Of a stretch of 64,000 nt of DNA, positions 59,346 to 64,000 are shown piece by piece. The DNA is taken from positions 576,001 to 640,000 of the forward strand of contig OZ253553.1 in assembly GCA_965262715.1 (NCBI GenBank). The letters run 5' to 3'. The DNA is from Bdellovibrionales bacterium (GTDB taxonomy: Bacteria > Bdellovibrionota > Bdellovibrionia > Bdellovibrionales > JAUICD01). Position 1 is the first letter of the stretch, and the number at the start of each line of letters is the position of its first letter. Under the pieces are notes generated by a model that saw nothing but the letters and a program-made list of their open reading frames with translations, was not told where the DNA came from and searched no databases. The translations under genes were made by a program, and so were the position numbers.

Positions 59346-60143
59346 ATGAAAATCATTTCATGGAATGTTAATGGAATTCGTGCTATCTATAAAAAAGGCC
59401 TAATGTCCTTTTTAAAACAAGAACAACCTGACATCTTTTGTGTTCAAGAGACAAAAGCGCATGTTGATCAAGTCCCAGAGGAGCTTAAGGATCACTCAAT
59501 GTTCTCTTATTGGTCAAGCGCAGAGAGAAAAGGATACTCAGGTGTTGCTACATTTTCTTTAGAAGAACCACAAAAAGTGATCTCACAAATCGGTAAAAAA
59601 CAATTTGACAATGAAGGCCGCTTCTTAATTAGTTACCACGGATACAGTTCAAGAACTCAGGTATTCTCAAAGGAAGATTTTGTGCTATACAATGTGTACT
59701 TCCCAAATGGAAGAAGTAAACAAGAAAGACAAATTTATAAAATGCAATTTAATAGAGAACTTTTAAATGTTCTGAAAAATGACATAGCATCTGGAAAAGA
59801 AATCATTATTTTAGGAGACTATAATGTAGCTCCAACAGAAATAGATCTTTATGATCCTGAAAAACATTGTCATGTGAGTGGATTTTTGCCGGAAGAAAGA
59901 GCTTGGTTTCAAGATCTACTCGACTTAGGTTTTATAGATATATTCAGACACTTCTTTCCAGATAAAAAAGATTGTTACACATGGTGGAGCCAAAAAGAAG
60001 CAGCCCGTCTTTCAAATAAAGGATGGAGAATAGATATTATTTGTATCACAAAAGGCTTGGTTGATAGGGTGTTAGGAGTTGATATTTTAGATCAAGCCCA
60101 AGGATCAGACCATTGTCCTATAGCTGTAGAAATTGAAACATAA
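59346..60143 (+). CDS. xth: Exodeoxyribonuclease III
   Basis: SWNVNGIRA, QETK, GDYNVA, WRID, SDHCP. Confidence 0.95.
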   Translation: MKIISWNVNGIRAIYKKGLMSFLKQEQPDIFCVQETKAHVDQVPEELKDHSMFSYWSSAERKGYSGVATFSLEEPQKVISQIGKKQFDNEGRFLISYHGYSSRTQVFSKEDFVLYNVYFPNGRSKQERQIYKMQFNRELLNVLKNDIASGKEIIILGDYNVAPTEIDLYDPEKHCHVSGFLPEERAWFQDLLDLGFIDIFRHFFPDKKDCYTWWSQKEAARLSNKGWRIDIICITKGLVDRVLGVDILDQAQGSDHCPIAVEIET

Positions 60144-60448
60144 GTTTCTATTAAATAACTGTGTTTGATGATTTTAAGGGGTTCATTTTTGTATAAATTT
60201 TTTATTTACATATAAGAAAATTTTATGGTATTAAAACAATATAATAATTAAAGTAAGCTTGATATAAAAAGTATAAGATTTTATATTAGTCTTTAAGGTT
60301 TTTTAATTAACTTTGATTTTTTAAAAAATATAGAAACATGACCTTTATTAAAGGCATTTTTAAAAAGCCAAAGAGGTAACAGTGTGAGTTAAGTTTAAAA
60401 TAATTTATTTATGTTTCATTAGACCATCATTAAAGAGGGGGATGTACA

Positions 60449-60817
60449 ATGAAATTACAAGAGAACTTTGTGAATCAATGTAAGCACAAATTATTACAAG
60501 AAAAAAGCAACATTATAAATCGTGTTCAATCTTACCGTTATAATTTATTTTCCTCTATAGAGAAAAGTGGAGATGAGGCAGATCAAACTTCGGCACTTTT
60601 GCAAGAGAAGGAAACTCTTTCTTTGCATGAGAGGCTCAAGTCAAAACTTATGGAAATTGAAAAGGCTTTAACTCGTATCGAGAGGGGCTCCTATGGAGTT
60701 TGTGAAGAAACAGAAGAGCCAATTGAGGTTGAAAGGCTGCGCACCATTCCTTGGACATCTTTGAGTATTGAAGGTGCTGAGATTAGAGAGAATGTCATGA
60801 AAAAGTACGCCAGATAA
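60449..60817 (+). CDS. dksA: DksA/TraR family protein
   Basis: GDEADQ coiled-coil tip, ALTRIERGSYGVCEET..I...RL..IPW. Confidence 0.88.
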   Translation: MKLQENFVNQCKHKLLQEKSNIINRVQSYRYNLFSSIEKSGDEADQTSALLQEKETLSLHERLKSKLMEIEKALTRIERGSYGVCEETEEPIEVERLRTIPWTSLSIEGAEIRENVMKKYAR

Positions 60818-60823
60818 ATACAT

Positions 60824-60870
60824 AAAAGCTCAAGGTTTCTTTACTTAGAAGAAACTTGAAGAGCTTTTTT
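60824..60870. terminator. Probable bidirectional terminator
   Basis: AAAAGCTC...GAGCTTTTTT hairpin between convergent genes. Confidence 0.65.
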
Positions 60871-60906
60871 GTGTTTTTCTTATCTTATATTACATATCTT
60901 TGATTT

Positions 60907-62736
60907 TTAGACTTGTACAATTGGGATTTGAAATTCGCTTTGCAGCTCTTTCATAAGATGACTTGAAAATTCTGAACGTTTACTTTTACCTAAAAGGATT
61001 GTTTTTATATCCATCTGTCTCTTAAGAATTCCGATACCTTCCAACAAATCACCAGGAAGTGTTTTAACTGTTAATACCATACTTCTAGAAGCATAAAGAG
61101 GAACAACTTGTTGCAAAATAATTCTTTGTAGAGATTCATAAAAGAAACCTTCGTTGTGTTCATCAACATGGAAGACAATAAGTTCAAAGGGATCTCCACG
61201 TTTATCTTTGAGAAGATAGTTAATGGCTTTAGTGATCAGGTATCTCATTCCTGTTCCTCCAGTACAAAGAACATATTTAGTAAGTTCTGTTGGAAGTTGT
61301 TTTTTTTGAGAGTAATCGCCCAATCCTATATGTAGATCTGAACGATCTTCTAATCTTTTTTCTAGAACACCCCATCTATAAAAGGCCATGACTAATAAAA
61401 TTCCTAGTAAAAGTTGGAGTCCCATCGCTTGTGCACTTGCAGAAGAAAAAAACATCAGGACAATTTGAGCTATTAAAAGTACAACTCCAGAAAAAAGAGG
61501 AATGACAGGAAAAATTATACCTTTAAAACTAAAGGTTTGCTTTGTAAGAAACTCTACTGGGAGGTGTCTTGGCTTTTTACGATTTCTGACTAGAATCACT
61601 CCAATCACAAAGCTAACCATGACACTTATAAAGGCCATTTCGTAAACTCTAGCAAGAACCTTAACCTCTCCGGGAACAATAGCGACCATAACCAAGGACA
61701 TAAGCATAAAAGGCAAGGCAATTAGAGGATAACCATCTATCCAAGCAAAATTAGGAGTCAATCTTTTCAATAACCATTGAGGCAAATTACCTTGTTGGGC
61801 CATGGTTTTGGCAAGACCAATAAAACCAACAAAGGCTGTATTCACTGCCGCAAATAAAGTCAAAGCAGCATCTATCACAACAGTAATCATAAGGGCTTGA
61901 CCGCCTAGTTTTAATCCAAAACTGGCTAAAAGAAAATCTTTACCTTCAACAATTTCACTTTCAGAAAGGATAGCTAAGCAAAGAAAAGAAATAAATGGCG
62001 CTGTAAAAGAGACAAGTAAAATCACAGTTGTGTAAAGCATACGAAGTGTATTGAGTATAGGTGGTTTTAATTCTTCTATAATTTGTGCAGCTGACTCAAA
62101 ACCTGTGATACCTAAAAAGGCTCCTGCAAATCCGTGCATCAACATAGCAAAGGTCAATTCAGAGCTAAGAGTTATTTTGCTCATTTTGGCAAAGTCAATA
62201 TCCTGCCAATTCCAAAAGATAAATCCTGTTCCCCAAATGACGAGTATAATGAGGAAGGCAAAATGTAACCCAGAAATACCAGTGATCAGTTTGGCAGGCT
62301 CTTTAAGACCTTTGCAGTTAAGAATACCAAATAAAATAATAGGGATAGCAGAAATCAATACAATACTATCTAGGGATATACTTTCACCCATAAGAGAAGA
62401 TATATAAAAAGCACCAGAAAGAGCGCTGACTGTAGCTGTTGCTAAATAAGAGAGGATTGTTAGCCCTCCTGCTAACACTCCAGACCTGCGTCCAATACCT
62501 CTTAAAATCATGGTGTATGCACCACCATTGTGAGGGCTCAAAGCCAATCCCTCTTCATAAGTTTTTTTGAAAGCCCACATCATTAAGCAGATGAGAAGTA
62601 TGAAAAAAGGAGATAAATATCCTACATAACCAAAAAGTAGACCCGTACTATAGAAAACAGATGTACCAATATCGGCACCTACAATCCCTGCCCCAAGAAT
62701 CCAACTCAATCCCGCATTATTTTTGGTGTTGTTCAA
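60907..62736 (-). CDS. APC-superfamily permease with cytoplasmic C-terminal domain
   Basis: ADIGTSVFY, GGAY, ITGFESAAQ, about 12 TM segments. Confidence 0.85.
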   Translation of the reverse strand: MNNTKNNAGLSWILGAGIVGADIGTSVFYSTGLLFGYVGYLSPFFILLICLMMWAFKKTYEEGLALSPHNGGAYTMILRGIGRRSGVLAGGLTILSYLATATVSALSGAFYISSLMGESISLDSIVLISAIPIILFGILNCKGLKEPAKLITGISGLHFAFLIILVIWGTGFIFWNWQDIDFAKMSKITLSSELTFAMLMHGFAGAFLGITGFESAAQIIEELKPPILNTLRMLYTTVILLVSFTAPFISFLCLAILSESEIVEGKDFLLASFGLKLGGQALMITVVIDAALTLFAAVNTAFVGFIGLAKTMAQQGNLPQWLLKRLTPNFAWIDGYPLIALPFMLMSLVMVAIVPGEVKVLARVYEMAFISVMVSFVIGVILVRNRKKPRHLPVEFLTKQTFSFKGIIFPVIPLFSGVVLLIAQIVLMFFSSASAQAMGLQLLLGILLVMAFYRWGVLEKRLEDRSDLHIGLGDYSQKKQLPTELTKYVLCTGGTGMRYLITKAINYLLKDKRGDPFELIVFHVDEHNEGFFYESLQRIILQQVVPLYASRSMVLTVKTLPGDLLEGIGILKRQMDIKTILLGKSKRSEFSSHLMKELQSEFQIPIVQV

Positions 62737-63099
62737 AGTATCTTAAATTCCTTTTAAGTTAATTTTTTTTGACAGATAACCTGTTTTTAATAGAGTCATC
62801 TTAATATATATAAATTTTTTTGTGTGCCTATATCAGTTATAACCCATCATAATTGTGTAGTGATGTAGTATTTCTTAAAGATATGCTTAAATCTTACTTT
62901 TGTAAGGCTTATGATAAAAATAAGATAAAAGTCCTTGATTTAAATATATTTTAGTAATAACTAGTCACTTAATATAATAATTCATAATAATATCTTTTAT
63001 TATTGATATTTATTTTTAATGTATAAGGACATTTTTATAAAGATTCAAATAAAAAAATACAATAAATTTATTTTGGTATTTTTGATGAGGTAACATTTT

Positions 63100-64000
63100 A
63101 TGATTATTGGTATACCCAAAGAGATCAAATTAGGAGAAAGCCGTGTAGGAATCACTGAGTTGGGTGTTTTCCAAATGGTTAAAGAGGGGCATAGGGTTTT
63201 GATTGAAAAGGATGCAGGTGTAGGAAGTGGTATTTCTAACTCCTGTTATGAAGAAAATGGTGCTGAGATTGTAGAGACAAAGGCACTTGTTTACAAACAA
63301 TCTGAGATGATTGTAAAAGTTAAAGAGCCTATTTCTGAAGAGCATGATCTGTTACAAGAAAATCAAGTTCTATACTGTTACTTACACCTTGCTGCAGAGC
63401 CTGAACTTGCAAGTGTTCTTTGCCAAAAAAAAATAAAATCTATTGCTTTTGAGTCTATTGAAGATGATCAGGGAGGCTTACCTCTTTTAGTGCCTATGAG
63501 TGAGGTGGCAGGACGTTTGTCTGTTCAAGTAGGTTCTTATTTACTGCAAAAAAATAATGGTGGTAAAGGGGTTCTATTAGGAGGTGTGACAGGTGTACAT
63601 CCAGGAAAAGTCACTGTGATAGGAGGAGGAATTGTTGGTATCAATGCTATTCGAATAGCTGTTGGTTTAGGAGCTTCTGTCACTGTCTTAGATATTGACC
63701 ATAAACGCTTAGAATTATTAGATCACCTTTACAAAGGTCGTATTGTGACTTTATATTCCAATGAAAAAAATATCTTTGATACAGTGGTGCACTCAGATTT
63801 GGTCATAGGGGCTGTATTGATCCCTGGCTACAAATCTCCCCGCTTAGTGACAAGAAAGATGGTTGAGATGATGGAGGAAGGGTCTGTAATAGTAGATGTT
63901 GCAGTGGATCAAGGAGGATGTATTGAAACTTGTCGCCCAACTAGCCATGTCGATCCCACCTATGTTGTTAGTGGTGTTATCCACTATTGTGTGCCCAATA
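63100..64000 (+). CDS. ald: Alanine dehydrogenase (runs off the window edge)
   Basis: Not in the ORF track. ATG 63100: [17 protein letters not shown]...VKVKEP...YLHLAA...PMSEVAGR...GGGIVG...[13 protein letters not shown]. Confidence 0.95.
   Translation, partial: MIIGIPKEIKLGESRVGITELGVFQMVKEGHRVLIEKDAGVGSGISNSCYEENGAEIVETKALVYKQSEMIVKVKEPISEEHDLLQENQVLYCYLHLAAEPELASVLCQKKIKSIAFESIEDDQGGLPLLVPMSEVAGRLSVQVGSYLLQKNNGGKGVLLGGVTGVHPGKVTVIGGGIVGINAIRIAVGLGASVTVLDIDHKRLELLDHLYKGRIVTLYSNEKNIFDTVVHSDLVIGAVLIPGYKSPRLVTRKMVEMMEEGSVIVDVAVDQGGCIETCRPTSHVDPTYVVSGVIHYCVPN

Noticed and set aside
63130..63345. Minus-strand 71-aa ORF and other short ORFs nested in long genes
   Set aside because: Antisense or alternate-frame shadows of well-supported CDSs (here ald).

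Overview
AT-rich bacterial chromosome segment, probably Bdellovibrionota. This is inferred from the FQNC-type lipoprotein, split ComEC, DivIVA beside Gram-negative BamD, and sigma54/sigma28-like promoters. A housekeeping backbone (sufS, dppBCDF, sod, ung, bamD, hpt, murB, ftsK, gmk, yicC, phnCDE, glpD, xth, dksA, ald) is interrupted by a ~14 kb minus-strand defence-like island (30.3-44.5 kb). The island holds (i) a three-gene Druantia-like operon ending in a 1879-aa DEAD/H-DUF1998 helicase and (ii) a tightly coupled five-gene operon: tandem ubiquitin-like protein, E2-like protein with Ser and no Cys at the expected catalytic region, JAB-peptidase/ThiF-E1 fusion, ABC/AAA ATPase, and a split or frameshifted PIN-domain nuclease. 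This ubiquitin-like module joined to an ATPase+PIN pair is the best candidate for an undescribed system. Two divergent IS1634-family elements (both 1956 bp) have long target duplications of 38 and 145 bp: one swaps a gene's C-terminus, the other duplicates a promoter, RBS and start codon so that its target gene survives. Several families of small palindromic intergenic repeats are present. No rRNA, tRNA or CRISPR array was recognised. All family calls come from motif recognition by eye, not from database searches.
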